DNA of 64,000 nt from a virus (lineage: Duplodnaviria > Caudoviricetes). A program made the translations under genes and the position numbers. Numbering within the stretch: position 1 is the stretch's first letter; every line of letters begins with the position of its first letter. The notes below the pieces were generated by a model. It was given only the letters and a program-made list of their open reading frames with translations. It had not been told where the DNA came from and did no database searches. The DNA lies in the IMG/VR virus record IMGVR_UViG_2935054407_000001, positions 1 to 64,000 of that record; one strand, written 5' to 3'. This document shows positions 1 through 9,646 of the stretch, piece after piece.

Positions 1-175
1 CCCCCAGTCTGTCTATGATGTACCAAGTAGGAGATCATTCGGCCTATTTCCCCAGGTAGATGCCCTTACAGAGCGGTTTACAAGGGGGATGGTGGAGCAT
101 GGTGGATCGACGTGTCACTAGCACGGCCACTAGCAACGATGATCTTGAGAAACGGACATCGAGACAGGACCCCCC

Positions 176-1531
176 GTGCCGTACACACAACCTCGACGCA
201 CCAAGCGCGGCCACCTTCGCTTCGCTGCCTACGCGCGTACCCCCGACGGCAAGGCTGCCTACGTCGGGACCTTCGACACCGATGAACGCGCCAAGGAGGT
301 GGCAACCCAGCAGGAAGCATTCCTCAACTACGCCGAACACGACGCCTCCCCCGCTTTCAAGGCCCGCGTCACCATCGCCGAATTCGTTCCGATCTTCCTG
401 TCCTTGCACGACGTGGAACCCAACACGCTCGACAACTACCGATCTCTGCTGACGCACTGGCTCATTCCGGCCCTTGGGAAGTTCCGCGTTTCCGAGGTGG
501 AACGCAGTCACATCAGGACGTTCCTGATGCGGCTGAAGGAGAAGAGCGTTCCGGCGCAGACCCGCAAACACCTCAAGGCCGCCATGAGCGCGATGTTCCG
601 GATGGCATGGGGCGACGGCTACCGCGACGACAATCCTGTGGACGGACTGCCGTGCATCACGGTCACCCGTAAGCCGATTCTCGTCTTGACGATGAAGCAG
701 TTCGGTCGGCTGTGGCCAAACGTCCAAGGCGAGCCCGCCCAGCTCTTCTTCCGCCTCATGAACGCCAGCGGCATGCGCATGGGCGAGCTAACGCCACTCA
801 AGGTGTCTGACTGGCATGCTCCGACCAACACCGTCACTGTCAGCAAGTCCCTGGCTGTCGTAACCAAGCACATCCAGCCAAACCAGGAGCGCTTTTCGGT
901 GCGCGACTACACCAAGAACGGCACCCAGCGTCGCGTCCAGGTCAGCGTGGCGATCGGCAACCTCATCAATGAGCACATCAAGCAGCACGGCCTCACCGAC
1001 GACGACCTAATCTTCCCCGCACATCTGGTCGCCCCCCGCAGTGTCGCCTACCGCCGCACGGTGCTCACCGAAGAGCAGATGCAAGCAGCCCGTCAGACGT
1101 TCATCCAGGCCGAAAACGGGCGAACCTATGCTCACGGGACAGTCAACGCATACGAGATCGCCCGGTGCCGGTGCGACGCCTGCCGCCAGGAGCGCTCGGA
1201 GTACTCACGCCGCAAGCGCGCCGAAAGAGGCTTGGTCGCCAAGACCAGGCACGACCCTCGCGACAACTCCAAGTACGTCAGCCACGAGTCCCTCAACCGC
1301 TTGTGGCGGAACGCCTACGAGATCACCGACCTGACGATCCGCATCCCGATCAAGAACCTCCGCCACGGCCACGCCAACGCGCTCCTAGGACAGGGATGGA
1401 CTCCGGACGTCATCTCCGCACGGCTGGGGAACTCCGAGAAGGTGCTCCAGAAGCACTATCTGTGCTACCCGGACGAGTACGACACGGTCATGCTCGGCGA
1501 CCTCGATGAGCTGGACGCACTGGCCGCCTGA
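176..1531 (+). CDS. int: Tyrosine integrase with an inserted Cys/His Zn-binding segment
   Basis: N-terminal arm/SAM-like region; SGMRMGEL (Arg), YTKNG (Lys), KNLRHGHA, RLGN and KHY catalytic motifs; adjacent to a tRNA. Confidence 0.9.
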   Translation: MPYTQPRRTKRGHLRFAAYARTPDGKAAYVGTFDTDERAKEVATQQEAFLNYAEHDASPAFKARVTIAEFVPIFLSLHDVEPNTLDNYRSLLTHWLIPALGKFRVSEVERSHIRTFLMRLKEKSVPAQTRKHLKAAMSAMFRMAWGDGYRDDNPVDGLPCITVTRKPILVLTMKQFGRLWPNVQGEPAQLFFRLMNASGMRMGELTPLKVSDWHAPTNTVTVSKSLAVVTKHIQPNQERFSVRDYTKNGTQRRVQVSVAIGNLINEHIKQHGLTDDDLIFPAHLVAPRSVAYRRTVLTEEQMQAARQTFIQAENGRTYAHGTVNAYEIARCRCDACRQERSEYSRRKRAERGLVAKTRHDPRDNSKYVSHESLNRLWRNAYEITDLTIRIPIKNLRHGHANALLGQGWTPDVISARLGNSEKVLQKHYLCYPDEYDTVMLGDLDELDALAA

Positions 1532-1639
1532 CCGCTGCCACCACGGCCCAGGAAGCGTCGTCGCCCTCCTGGGCCGTGGTAGTGTTTACCTCGCGCCGAA
1601 GAGAGCGGGAAGCGAAAGCCGAACGTGATCCAACAGCCA

Positions 1640-1714
1640 CGGGATGTAGCGCAGCTTGGCTAGCGCACCTGACTGGGGGTCAGGGGGTCGCAGGTTCAAA
1701 TCCTGTCATCCCGA
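1640..1714 (+). tRNA. tRNA-Pro(GGG)
   Basis: Acceptor stem CGGGATG/CATCCCG, anticodon arm CCTGA-CTGGGGG-TCAGG, T-arm CAGG-TTCAAAT-CCTG; CCA not encoded. Confidence 0.95.
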
Positions 1715-1724
1715 CACAAAACGG

Positions 1725-1763
1725 ACAGAAGCTCCGCATCGTAAATGATGCGGAGCTTCTGTC
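1725..1763 (+). terminator. Hairpin downstream of tRNA (terminator-like)
   Basis: acagaagctccgcatc-gtaaat-gatgcggagcttctgt inverted repeat. Confidence 0.65.
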
Positions 1764-2557
1764 GTAAGATCACCTGCATGCTGAAGGTGACCATTTCAGG
1801 CAGCGATGTCACTCATACCGATATTGCGCAGGCAATCGCCAAAGCACATTCATGGCGCGGCGCTCTTCGGTTACTCGGTCTGCCAGAAGCCTCCGCCTCG
1901 GCCATGAGAATCGTGAAGCGATTCGCCAGCGACCATGACATCCCATGTGATCACTTCACAGGCGTACGCCGCTGGAGTGATCAAAAGATCAGAGAAGCGA
2001 CGCCAGAAGCCCGAACCTGGGCAGAACTCCTCCGGATGCTCGGGATGAAGTCCGACACAGGGGAAAATCGAGCAAGCGTGCGCGCCCACACGTTGCGGCT
2101 GGGGCTGGACATCAGCCACCTGGAGGCTCCCACATATGCCGCGCCCGCCGATACGAGCGTCCCCCAGCTCGCCCACCTCCGGAGCGCGGCCGAAGCGCTG
2201 GCGCAGGCGTGGTTCGAGCTTCGGGGCATCCCCGTGGCCAAGCCCACCACTGCTTCCCAGGTCTACGACATGCTCGTTGAACTGGATGGGCGCTTTCAGC
2301 GAGTCCAGGTCAAGACAACCACCACACGAGACAGCCAAGGCTCCTGGCTCGTGGTGACCAGTCGCCGTACGCCAGGTGCGACGAAAAACGGTCCCCGCGT
2401 CCCGTACCGACTCGACGATGTTGATCTATTCTTCATCATCGATGGAGACATGATGGTCTACCTGATCCCCAGCATCGCGGTGTCGGGCAAGCTGCACATT
2501 TGCCTCAGCGCCTACATGTCGTACCAGGTAGGCTCGTTTTCAAGCCCGCTGAAGTGA
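1745..2557 (+). CDS. PD-(D/E)XK endonuclease (group I intron-associated type) with N-terminal repeated helical domains
   Basis: YDMLVELDGRFQRVQVKT motif; two HSWRGALRLLGL / RTWAELLRMLGM repeats; true start may be ATG 1778. Confidence 0.75.
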   Translation: MMRSFCRKITCMLKVTISGSDVTHTDIAQAIAKAHSWRGALRLLGLPEASASAMRIVKRFASDHDIPCDHFTGVRRWSDQKIREATPEARTWAELLRMLGMKSDTGENRASVRAHTLRLGLDISHLEAPTYAAPADTSVPQLAHLRSAAEALAQAWFELRGIPVAKPTTASQVYDMLVELDGRFQRVQVKTTTTRDSQGSWLVVTSRRTPGATKNGPRVPYRLDDVDLFFIIDGDMMVYLIPSIAVSGKLHICLSAYMSYQVGSFSSPLK

Positions 2558-2688
2558 GGGCTTGGCAGAGCAGGCTCTCACCGCCGTTCAAGCTGCTCCT
2601 CGCTCAACAGGCAGAGCGCCATCAAACAGGCAAATGGGTAATTGATCGGCCTCCACGAAACCGCACGGATGCGGAGGCCGATCGAGGC

Positions 2689-2907
2689 TCAGGCGGCTTT
2701 CGCGGACCTGCGGGCGTCAAGCCACGTAGCCAGCTCGCTCATCTTGAACCGAAGAGTTCGCCGCCCGAGCCGGTGATGCGGCAGGCCGCCCTTGTCCTCG
2801 CCCAGCGCAACCATGTCGTAGATCCAGTCCGCATTGACGCGCCACATCTTGCAGAGGTCATCGACGCTGATGAGCGTGAGGTCCGCGACCGTGAGATCTT
2901 GCTCCAT
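2689..2907 (-). CDS. Excisionase-like HTH protein
   Basis: LISVDDLCKMWRVNADWIYD...LPHHRLGRRTLRFKMSELATWL; ATGA overlap with upstream gene. Confidence 0.8.
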   Translation of the reverse strand: MEQDLTVADLTLISVDDLCKMWRVNADWIYDMVALGEDKGGLPHHRLGRRTLRFKMSELATWLDARRSAKAA

Positions 2908-3107
2908 CAGTGCTGCGCCACCTTCCGCGTCTTCAGCCAGTCCATGAACTCGCTGCGGTGGGCTCGCAGCTCGCCGCCGATGTCGAAGACGGGCAAGCGG
3001 TAGCGCTCGACCAGCGTCCTGACCTTGTATTCGCTGACGTTGAGGTAGCTGGCGATCTCGGCCTTGCCCCACATGGGCTCGTCTGTGATGGTCTGTGCGG
3101 TGCTCAT
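2907..3107 (-). CDS. Excisionase-like HTH protein
   Basis: WGKAEIASYLNVSEYKVRTLVERYRLPVFDIGGELRAHRSEFMDWL. Confidence 0.8.
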   Translation of the reverse strand: MSTAQTITDEPMWGKAEIASYLNVSEYKVRTLVERYRLPVFDIGGELRAHRSEFMDWLKTRKVAQH

Positions 3108-3145
3108 GGGGTTGATTCCAGCCGATGGTGGTTCGTGGCGTCTCG

Positions 3146-3162
3146 TAACCTAGTAACTGGTT
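3146..3162. promoter_or_regulatory. Imperfect palindromic operator candidate TAACCTAGTAACTGGTT
   Basis: Identical 17-mer at 61759-61775 upstream of recA; variant at 44922-44937. Confidence 0.6.
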
Positions 3163-3178
3163 GCTTGTGTGACGTGCG

Positions 3179-3424
3179 TCACAGGTGTCGGGCGGCCAGG
3201 GCGTCGGCGATGCCGTCGAGCGTGGACAGGTTCGTCAGGAACTCCACCAGGCGTTCGGTTCCGGGCTCGCGCTTGTAGCCGTCCAGGGCCATCCAGCTCG
3301 CGCCCAGGTATTGCTCGGCGTAGGTGAGGATCTCGGCCGGGGAGAGCGTGGACATGCGCTGGGCGGCCTTGTCGCGGATGGCGTCGCGCTGCTCCGGCGT
3401 CGCCTTCTTCTTGAAGAGTCTCAT
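3179..3424 (-). CDS. Hypothetical phage protein
   Basis: ORF MRLFKKK... within a coupled minus-strand run. Confidence 0.7.
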   Translation of the reverse strand: MRLFKKKATPEQRDAIRDKAAQRMSTLSPAEILTYAEQYLGASWMALDGYKREPGTERLVEFLTNLSTLDGIADALAARHL

Positions 3425-3529
3425 GTCAGCTCCATCAGGTTCAGCAGGTGCCATTCAATGTCGGGGTCGCCGTCGGCGAATTCGGCGAGGAGGGTCCGCA
3501 TGGTGGATTCCACGATGCGTGCGTAGGGT

Positions 3530-3847
3530 TCATACTCCGGTCGGCTCATCGTCTTCGCCGATTCTCGGGAGGTCGCTTTTGTCAACGCAGTTGAGCGCGG
3601 CCAGCAGTGCGCTGTCCTCGTCCAGGCGTTCGCCGGTCCATCTGCCGACGACTACCCCGATTTTCGTTCCCCACAGATGGAGGATGGCGCTGCGGCCGAC
3701 GAGGTAAGGGGGCTCCTGCGTTAGCGTGGTGCGCCGCTCGAAGATGGGTCCGAACCGCTTCAGGCTGATCCAGTGGGCGTAGTACTTGCGGTAGCGCATG
3801 CCGTAAGCGGATTCCTTTAGCGGGCCGAAGTCGAAGGTCTGGGGCAT
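3530..3847 (-). CDS. Hypothetical phage protein
   Basis: ORF in the minus-strand run. Confidence 0.65.
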   Translation of the reverse strand: MPQTFDFGPLKESAYGMRYRKYYAHWISLKRFGPIFERRTTLTQEPPYLVGRSAILHLWGTKIGVVVGRWTGERLDEDSALLAALNCVDKSDLPRIGEDDEPTGV

Positions 3848-3880
3848 AGCGGAATCCTATGGAAGCCCTCGCTGCGTTTG

Positions 3881-4396
3881 TTAGCGCGTGCGCCTGCGGT
3901 AGGTGCTGCGGTTGGCGCTGCGGTAGCTCTTCGTGCGGAAGGGGTTGTAAATGCTGTCGTCGATCGTCGGCTCGGTTTCGCGCTCATACCGGTAGTTGTT
4001 CAGCACGCGGTTCACGTAGCGGCCGGGCGACTTCACGCGCCGGAAATTCTTCCAGACGCTCGGGGGGACGTCGTGGTAGACGTAGCGCGAGCCGTCTCTG
4101 AATTCGATGCGCAATTCCTGGCGGGCGCGGTCGTATCCGGCGGCCTGGGTGCGCGGGCGGGGAGGGTAGGAGCTGGGGGTGGGCCGGTAGGGCAGGAAGA
4201 GGTCGTCGTCCTCGTCGGGCTCGCTGAGGGGCTGGCCGTAGCTCGTCTTGGTGCCGGGCCGGACGCGGGGCAGTTCGTTGCCGTCTTCGTCGCGGGGCGG
4301 GTCGGAGGCAAACTCGCGCGCCCATTCGTCGGCCTTGCTGCGCGCGTAGCGTGCCAGGTCGTCCCAGCTAGGGATAGGACGGCGGTCCTCGGCCAC
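3881..4396 (-). CDS. KTSC-domain protein
   Basis: AAGYDRARQELRIEFRDGSRYVYHDVPPSVWKNFRRVKSPGRYVN. Confidence 0.85.
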   Translation of the reverse strand: MAEDRRPIPSWDDLARYARSKADEWAREFASDPPRDEDGNELPRVRPGTKTSYGQPLSEPDEDDDLFLPYRPTPSSYPPRPRTQAAGYDRARQELRIEFRDGSRYVYHDVPPSVWKNFRRVKSPGRYVNRVLNNYRYERETEPTIDDSIYNPFRTKSYRSANRSTYRRRTR

Positions 4397-4461
4397 GGAT
4401 GCTCCCGTCTGCGTGCCAGAGCCCCCAGGAACGCTCTCCTGGGGGCGTGTGGGGTTGGGTG

Positions 4462-4725
4462 TTACTCGTCGGCCTCAGAGGGCTCTGCGGGCGTCTCAGG
4501 CTCGAACACGATGGCCCTGGCCCACTGGTCGGGGTTGATACCGGCGGCGCGCTGAACCTCGGGGTCCGGGAGCTGGTCGGGAGTGAAGGTGTTGCCGACC
4601 GTGTCATCCACATCACGCGGCTTGGGGTGATCGGACTGGGCGGTCCAGCCGATGGAAGCCTCGCGAGCGTCAATGGTCTTATCCACTATTTGCCTCTCAA
4701 CAATGGGGGTACGTACCTCTCCCAT
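4462..4725 (-). CDS. Hypothetical protein
   Basis: MGEVRTPIVERQ... with RBS-like upstream sequence. Confidence 0.6.
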   Translation of the reverse strand: MGEVRTPIVERQIVDKTIDAREASIGWTAQSDHPKPRDVDDTVGNTFTPDQLPDPEVQRAAGINPDQWARAIVFEPETPAEPSEADE

Positions 4726-4977
4726 TATTGCGCTTCTTGGGCCAATTCTTGTTGTACGGTCCAGCCCCACGGTTTGATCTCGCCGAATTCGTCTACCTCT
4801 TGCGTGTGGTAGCAGTCTTCGGGGCCGTAGTGATAGCCGTCCTTGATGACGCAACTTTGTCGATGCAGCATGCCTACCACCTTCTCAGCATGCGAGCGTT
4901 GTTACCGAGAATCTCGTCGAGAGTGTCCATACGTGACCGCATCTTGCGCATGTGCTCTTCGATGAGTTCTGCGTCGG

Positions 4978-5310
4978 TCAGTGATCCTTGACCTTCAGAT
5001 ACGCCGTCACCTCGTGGAAGGCCGCCGTGTTCTTCTCGATCAGCTCGGTATTCTGCTCGCATATCTCAACCAGTTTCGCCGTGAGGGGGATGACGGTTTC
5101 GACCAGCTCGCGGAGCCGGGCGTTCTCTTCCTGTTCGCGCCGGTAGGACTTACCGGGCACGATGACCTCGTACACGAAAACGGCGAAGACGAACCCGACC
5201 ACTGGGCCGAGAACAATAGGATTCGTCAGCGAGAGACCTGGGTCTTCCGCTACGAGAATCGCGAGGGACGCGAGGAACACAAAAACCGCCATTCCGTGCC
5301 GGGAACTCAA
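4978..5310 (-). CDS. Membrane protein (holin-like topology)
   Basis: Two hydrophobic segments followed by a coiled coil. Confidence 0.55.
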   Translation of the reverse strand: MSSRHGMAVFVFLASLAILVAEDPGLSLTNPIVLGPVVGFVFAVFVYEVIVPGKSYRREQEENARLRELVETVIPLTAKLVEICEQNTELIEKNTAAFHEVTAYLKVKDH

Positions 5311-5348
5311 TCCCAGAGTAAACGGAATGACGGTTCTTTTATTAAAGC

Positions 5349-5981
5349 TCAGGCGGCCAGGGCGTCGGCGATGCGCGTCTTGGGGTCCTCCCAGCCGGGC
5401 GGCTTGAGGATCTTGCCGTCTTCGCGGCGGTGGATGGTGCCGTCGGGCCAGACCTTGTCCAGGTTGGCCGCGTGCACGATCCGGATGACCTTTTCCAGTG
5501 GAATGCCGTTGTGGCTGGCCACTGCGTTGATCTTGACGTCGATGCGTTCCAGCATGACGGCCAGAGCTTGTCGCGCCTGCTCTTCCTGCTCGCTGCCCGG
5601 CTCAGATTGCTTCAGGGCGGCGAAGTAGTTCGCGGTGCGCTCGGAAAGCTGGCGGATGCCGCCCCAAAGATCGGCGGAGTGGAACGTCGGTGGTAGGTCG
5701 AGATAGAAGGCGGCGGCGTGACGCGGCGGAAGGCTCAGCGCATGGCGGGTGTAGCCGGTGACGTAGCGTACGTCACCCAGCTCTTGCCCGAAGTGTGCTC
5801 GGGTCTCAGGGCCGGGGGCTGCGTTGTAAGCAGCGTGAGCTTCCAAAACCTCTTCAGCTTCCTCGGTGACGAGGTTCTGGCAGCGGTCGATCACGTCGTT
5901 GCGGGTTTCGGGGGTGGCCTTGTCGATGGAGTAGGTGGTGAAGAACTCTTCGATAAGGCCGAGAATTTCGGGGGTGCGCAC
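5349..5981 (-). CDS. MazG-like / PRA-PH nucleotide pyrophosphohydrolase
   Basis: EEAEE...ELGD motif; C-terminal ANLDKVWPDGTIHRREDGKILKPPGW. Confidence 0.85.
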   Translation of the reverse strand: MRTPEILGLIEEFFTTYSIDKATPETRNDVIDRCQNLVTEEAEEVLEAHAAYNAAPGPETRAHFGQELGDVRYVTGYTRHALSLPPRHAAAFYLDLPPTFHSADLWGGIRQLSERTANYFAALKQSEPGSEQEEQARQALAVMLERIDVKINAVASHNGIPLEKVIRIVHAANLDKVWPDGTIHRREDGKILKPPGWEDPKTRIADALAA

Positions 5982-5985
5982 GTTA

Positions 5986-6519
5986 CTAGTCCTCAGAAGA
6001 AGGGGCTGCCTCCACCAGCTTAGCCAACTCTTCCGGGGTTAGATTATCTAATTCGTGCCGATTCTCCAGGAAAAGAGTTACCCCTTCGCCGCGTATCTTG
6101 CCACGCCCGGTGATCTTGAAGCCTTCTGGCAGTTTGTTCAGTTTTGCGAGGACGCGGAGGCCCTGGCGGATGGAGGCGTCGTCCAGTCCTTCGCCGCTGG
6201 CGCTGTTCGTGTGGATGGCTAGCTCGACCTTGGCAGCGAGGTCGCGAGCCGGGCCGCCCGTGTTCGTCTCACCCACGAAAGGTTCGATGAGCTGGAGGAA
6301 TGCCTGCTCGTGCTCGTCGCAGAGGTCCATGCGGCTGACCTGTCCGAGGCGAGCCGAGATTAATCGCAGTGGGTTACGGGTCGCTGGCAGGATGCGACCG
6401 CAGATGCGGTGCTCCTTCTCGTCCAGGTATCGGCAGAAGCGGCGGTCCACGGGACTCACTCTCTGTCTGTCTGGGTCTGTGTCCGACACATGTTGCATGA
6501 AATCATTAGTGCATGTCAA
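5986..6519 (-). CDS. Divergent Lsr2-like protein
   Basis: MDLCDEHEQAFLQLIEPFV resembles the Lsr2 dimerisation domain; ASIRQ...ITGRGKI resembles the RGR AT-hook. Confidence 0.55.
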   Translation of the reverse strand: MTCTNDFMQHVSDTDPDRQRVSPVDRRFCRYLDEKEHRICGRILPATRNPLRLISARLGQVSRMDLCDEHEQAFLQLIEPFVGETNTGGPARDLAAKVELAIHTNSASGEGLDDASIRQGLRVLAKLNKLPEGFKITGRGKIRGEGVTLFLENRHELDNLTPEELAKLVEAAPSSED

Positions 6520-6633
6520 ACAGGTAGTCGGTTAGTTTAAGGTTCAGTTACAGGGTAGGTATCGATACACAACCAAGAAGCCCCGTCCGAAAGAAGATCG
6601 GTACGGGGCTTCATTAATAGAACACCTATTCGA

Positions 6634-7182
6634 TTAAGCAGGGAAAGGGCCTGTCGGCTCCGCCTCAAAGAAGGCTTCCTGGAGGCGCTTCGCGTCTCTG
6701 CGGAGGCGAGCACGCTGGGCTTCGCCGAGGTCATGCCGAGCGCCGAGCATGTGCGCGGCCCTGTCCAGAAGGGCAGCCAGGTTGCCTCGCTCGACTAGAG
6801 GCGTACACCGCGCGCACGCAACCCACCGCTTGTCATAGCCGTTCCCCGTGCCAGTCGGGTTGCCCTGCGCATCCACATCGGGCACAACGATCTGCTTTGC
6901 CGTCACGAAGGACGCAGAGATACCGGTCTCGCCGCAGAAGTCGCAGACCGTGGTCGCAGGCGTTGGCTTACCCGTCGTCGGCATCGGACGGTGCTCGAAC
7001 TCCAGCTTGATCCCGGCTGGGTGGCTGAAGCTGGTGATGCCATTGGCGGTCTTCCAGTCGAGCGGTGCTCGACAGATCTCGCAGATGAGCGTGTCTTCGG
7101 CCAGCAGTTGCTCTGCCTGGGCTCGTCTGGCCGGGTTGCCGCTCACTCCGCGTCTTGGGACCTTCTTCGTCTTCTTCGCCAC
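6634..7182 (-). CDS. Zn-finger hypothetical protein
   Basis: CEIC, CDFC and CARC motifs. Confidence 0.65.
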   Translation of the reverse strand: MAKKTKKVPRRGVSGNPARRAQAEQLLAEDTLICEICRAPLDWKTANGITSFSHPAGIKLEFEHRPMPTTGKPTPATTVCDFCGETGISASFVTAKQIVVPDVDAQGNPTGTGNGYDKRWVACARCTPLVERGNLAALLDRAAHMLGARHDLGEAQRARLRRDAKRLQEAFFEAEPTGPFPA

Positions 7183-7289
7183 GTTGCTACTCCTACACCC
7201 TGCGTCTGCCTTGAGCCGTCAATGTTGCATAAGCTTCCTCACTTGTGCAACATTGGTTTCTCGCAAGTCGGTCCCCACCTGGAGCACAC

Positions 7290-7574
7290 GTGAACCGCTA
7301 TCTCGTAGATCTCGCAGCAGCCGTCAAGCCCGAGGACATGCCGCCCAGCGGAACGGCCATCGCAGGACCGGGCCTGGCTGCCGTCTACATGAACAGGGCC
7401 ATGGGCGTGATCTCCGCCCGCTACATCGGCGAGGCCGAGAACCCCATCACCGCAGCCATCGCAGCGAACGAAACCTTCTTCGTCGCCGTCTGCCGACACA
7501 TCAAGCCGGGACTGTTCGAGATCACTCAGGTTTCCAGCGAGAAGGCCCCCGAGGTTCCGCAGGAGAAGATCTGA
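7290..7574 (+). CDS. Hypothetical protein
   Basis: GGAG RBS with GTG start; coupled to the recombinase gene. Confidence 0.6.
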   Translation: MNRYLVDLAAAVKPEDMPPSGTAIAGPGLAAVYMNRAMGVISARYIGEAENPITAAIAANETFFVAVCRHIKPGLFEITQVSSEKAPEVPQEKI

Positions 7575-8485
7575 TGACCAAGCTGCCTGCGCACGTGGGC
7601 GAGGACGTCAAGGATCCGGTCGCCAGCTACATGCGTTCGCTGGCTGCTGGCTCGCGGCGCTCGCAGCATGGCTGCCTGGACCGGATCGCCTCCCTGGTGC
7701 GTGGGAAGAAGGTTTCGGCGGAGGAGATGAGCTGGCACCTGCTGCGGTATGAGCACACCAGCCGGATCCGGGAGATGCTGTGTGCGCAGGGCTGGACGCC
7801 TGCCTATGTCAACAAACACCTGGCCGCGTTGCGCAGGGTGTTGAGGGAGGCGTGGCTGCTGCGGCTGATGGCGGCCGAGGACTACCAGGCCGCCATCAAC
7901 ATCAAGGCGGTCACGGGTAGTCGCGTGCCGCGCGGTCGTCACATCGCGGCCGAGGAGATCACCGCTGCCATCGACACGTGCGCCAGCGCAGGGACGCACC
8001 TGGAGATCCGCAATGCGGCGGTCTTCGGCGTCTTCCGCTACACCGGCATGCGGCGGGCCGAGCTGGGCGGGATGAAGCGGGCCGACTACAACCGGGAAGC
8101 GATGGAGATCCGCGTCATCGGTAAGGGCGACCGCGAGCGGAAGATCCCTCTCAATGAGCGGGCCGTCGAGTTGCTGGAGGCGTGGCTGGCGATTCGCGGC
8201 GACGCACCCGGCGCGCTGTTCATCCCGATCGGCGGAGACTTCCTGTCGCCGTCGGCCTCACGCCAGCGGCACCTGTCCGGCCAGGCCATCAGCAACGCCA
8301 TCCACAAGCACCTGGACGCCACGCCGCACGATTTCCGGCGGACGCTGGTGGGTGACCTGCTGGACGCCGGAGTGGACCCCAAGACGATCATGGACATCAC
8401 GGGACACCAGTCGATCACGGTGATGCTCAGCTACGACCGGCGGAACGGGGCTCGCGCACGGGAGGCTCTGGCGCAGGTCGCCTGA
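7574..8485 (+). CDS. XerC/D-like tyrosine recombinase
   Basis: TGMRRAEL, GKGDRER, TPHDFRRT, TGHQS and SYD catalytic motifs. Confidence 0.9.
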   Translation: MTKLPAHVGEDVKDPVASYMRSLAAGSRRSQHGCLDRIASLVRGKKVSAEEMSWHLLRYEHTSRIREMLCAQGWTPAYVNKHLAALRRVLREAWLLRLMAAEDYQAAINIKAVTGSRVPRGRHIAAEEITAAIDTCASAGTHLEIRNAAVFGVFRYTGMRRAELGGMKRADYNREAMEIRVIGKGDRERKIPLNERAVELLEAWLAIRGDAPGALFIPIGGDFLSPSASRQRHLSGQAISNAIHKHLDATPHDFRRTLVGDLLDAGVDPKTIMDITGHQSITVMLSYDRRNGARAREALAQVA

Positions 8486-8486
8486 C

Positions 8487-8873
8487 CTACTCCTGCGGCT
8501 TCGGGGCGTCCTTCTTCATGCGCTTCTTGACGGGACGCGTGGCATCGGAGGGACGCTCCCCCGTGGTGATGACCATGTAGCGGGCGTGCACGCCAGCCTT
8601 GGACATGCCCACCTGCGCGCCGATCTGGGCGAAGCTCAGCCCGCCTTCGCGTAGCTCGACGATGAGTTCGTCCGTCACGTCTTCGCGGGTTCGATCGCCT
8701 TGCGGACGCATGTCCTTGAAGCCGAGGTTCGCGAGGTAGTAGCGGACGGTGGATTCGTGGACGCCCATCTCCTTGCCGACGTCTGCAAGGGAGCGCTTCT
8801 CCTTGTAGATCTTGGCCGCCTTGTGCCACTTGGCCACCTGCGGATCCTCGATCTTCTCCTCTACCTCGCCCAT
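8487..8873 (-). CDS. Double-HTH DNA-binding protein
   Basis: SLADVGKEMGVHESTVRYYL and LSFAQIGAQVGMSKAGVHARY. Confidence 0.75.
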   Translation of the reverse strand: MGEVEEKIEDPQVAKWHKAAKIYKEKRSLADVGKEMGVHESTVRYYLANLGFKDMRPQGDRTREDVTDELIVELREGGLSFAQIGAQVGMSKAGVHARYMVITTGERPSDATRPVKKRMKKDAPKPQE

Positions 8874-9062
8874 CCTTGCCTCCGGCCCGATTCCGCTGTG
8901 CACCTACTGTATCCCGGACCGGCTCACACGTCAGTTGTCGATCATCGCGCGGGCATGGGATAGTGACCCCGAGGGCTCCGCTGCCCTTTCTGTGTGTGGC
9001 ATCTGGAAGCCTCGGCCAGGCAAGGGCCGGGGCTTCTGCCGTGTCAGGACCCGAATGCCGTG

Positions 9063-9500
9063 TTAGGACCCGAACTTCGTCGCGTCGGGGAACATCTGCC
9101 AGATCGCCACGCCTGTCGAGCGGTCGGCCGAGGCGTCCAGTACCCAGGTGTCGTAGGTCAGGACGAGCGGGAAGTCCCACTGCTGGCGCAGCTCCTCATA
9201 CAGCCGCTCTGCCGCCGCGCGGGCCTTCGTCGCGTCGGCGTAGGCGGTGATGTGCAGGGGCTTGCCCAGGAGTTCGCATCGGGCCGCATCGAGCACTCCT
9301 TCGCCTTCGGGCTCGGCTTCGGTGCACGGGATGCGTTGCTGGCCGGTCAGCTTGCTGGCCAGGTCGCGGGCGGCGGTCGAGCTGGGGGGCGCTGTGGAGC
9401 TGGGGAGAGAAGCCTGCTCGGGCAGTGCGCTGGCGCCGCCGCACCCGAGAATGCCTCCTGCCAGGACGAGCAGAATGGTCGCTAAGGGTAACAATCGCAT
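9063..9500 (-). CDS. Putative lipoprotein
   Basis: Signal peptide with ILGC lipobox. Confidence 0.65.
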   Translation of the reverse strand: MRLLPLATILLVLAGGILGCGGASALPEQASLPSSTAPPSSTAARDLASKLTGQQRIPCTEAEPEGEGVLDAARCELLGKPLHITAYADATKARAAAERLYEELRQQWDFPLVLTYDTWVLDASADRSTGVAIWQMFPDATKFGS

Positions 9501-9646
9501 AGGCGGCAGCGTACATCACCCGCAATTGCGCAGGGATATGTTCACTACTTACGACTTATTCGCCATTCGATTTGCATTCCCGAATGACAGTGGCTAGATT
9601 CGGACTTAGTAAGTTCGAGCAGCACAGAGTTCAGCGGAGAACCACA

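Noticed and set aside
6848-7573. N-terminal extension of the 545-aa recombinase ORF
   Set aside because: Overlaps real genes; the recombinase starts at ATG 7574, coupled to the upstream stop
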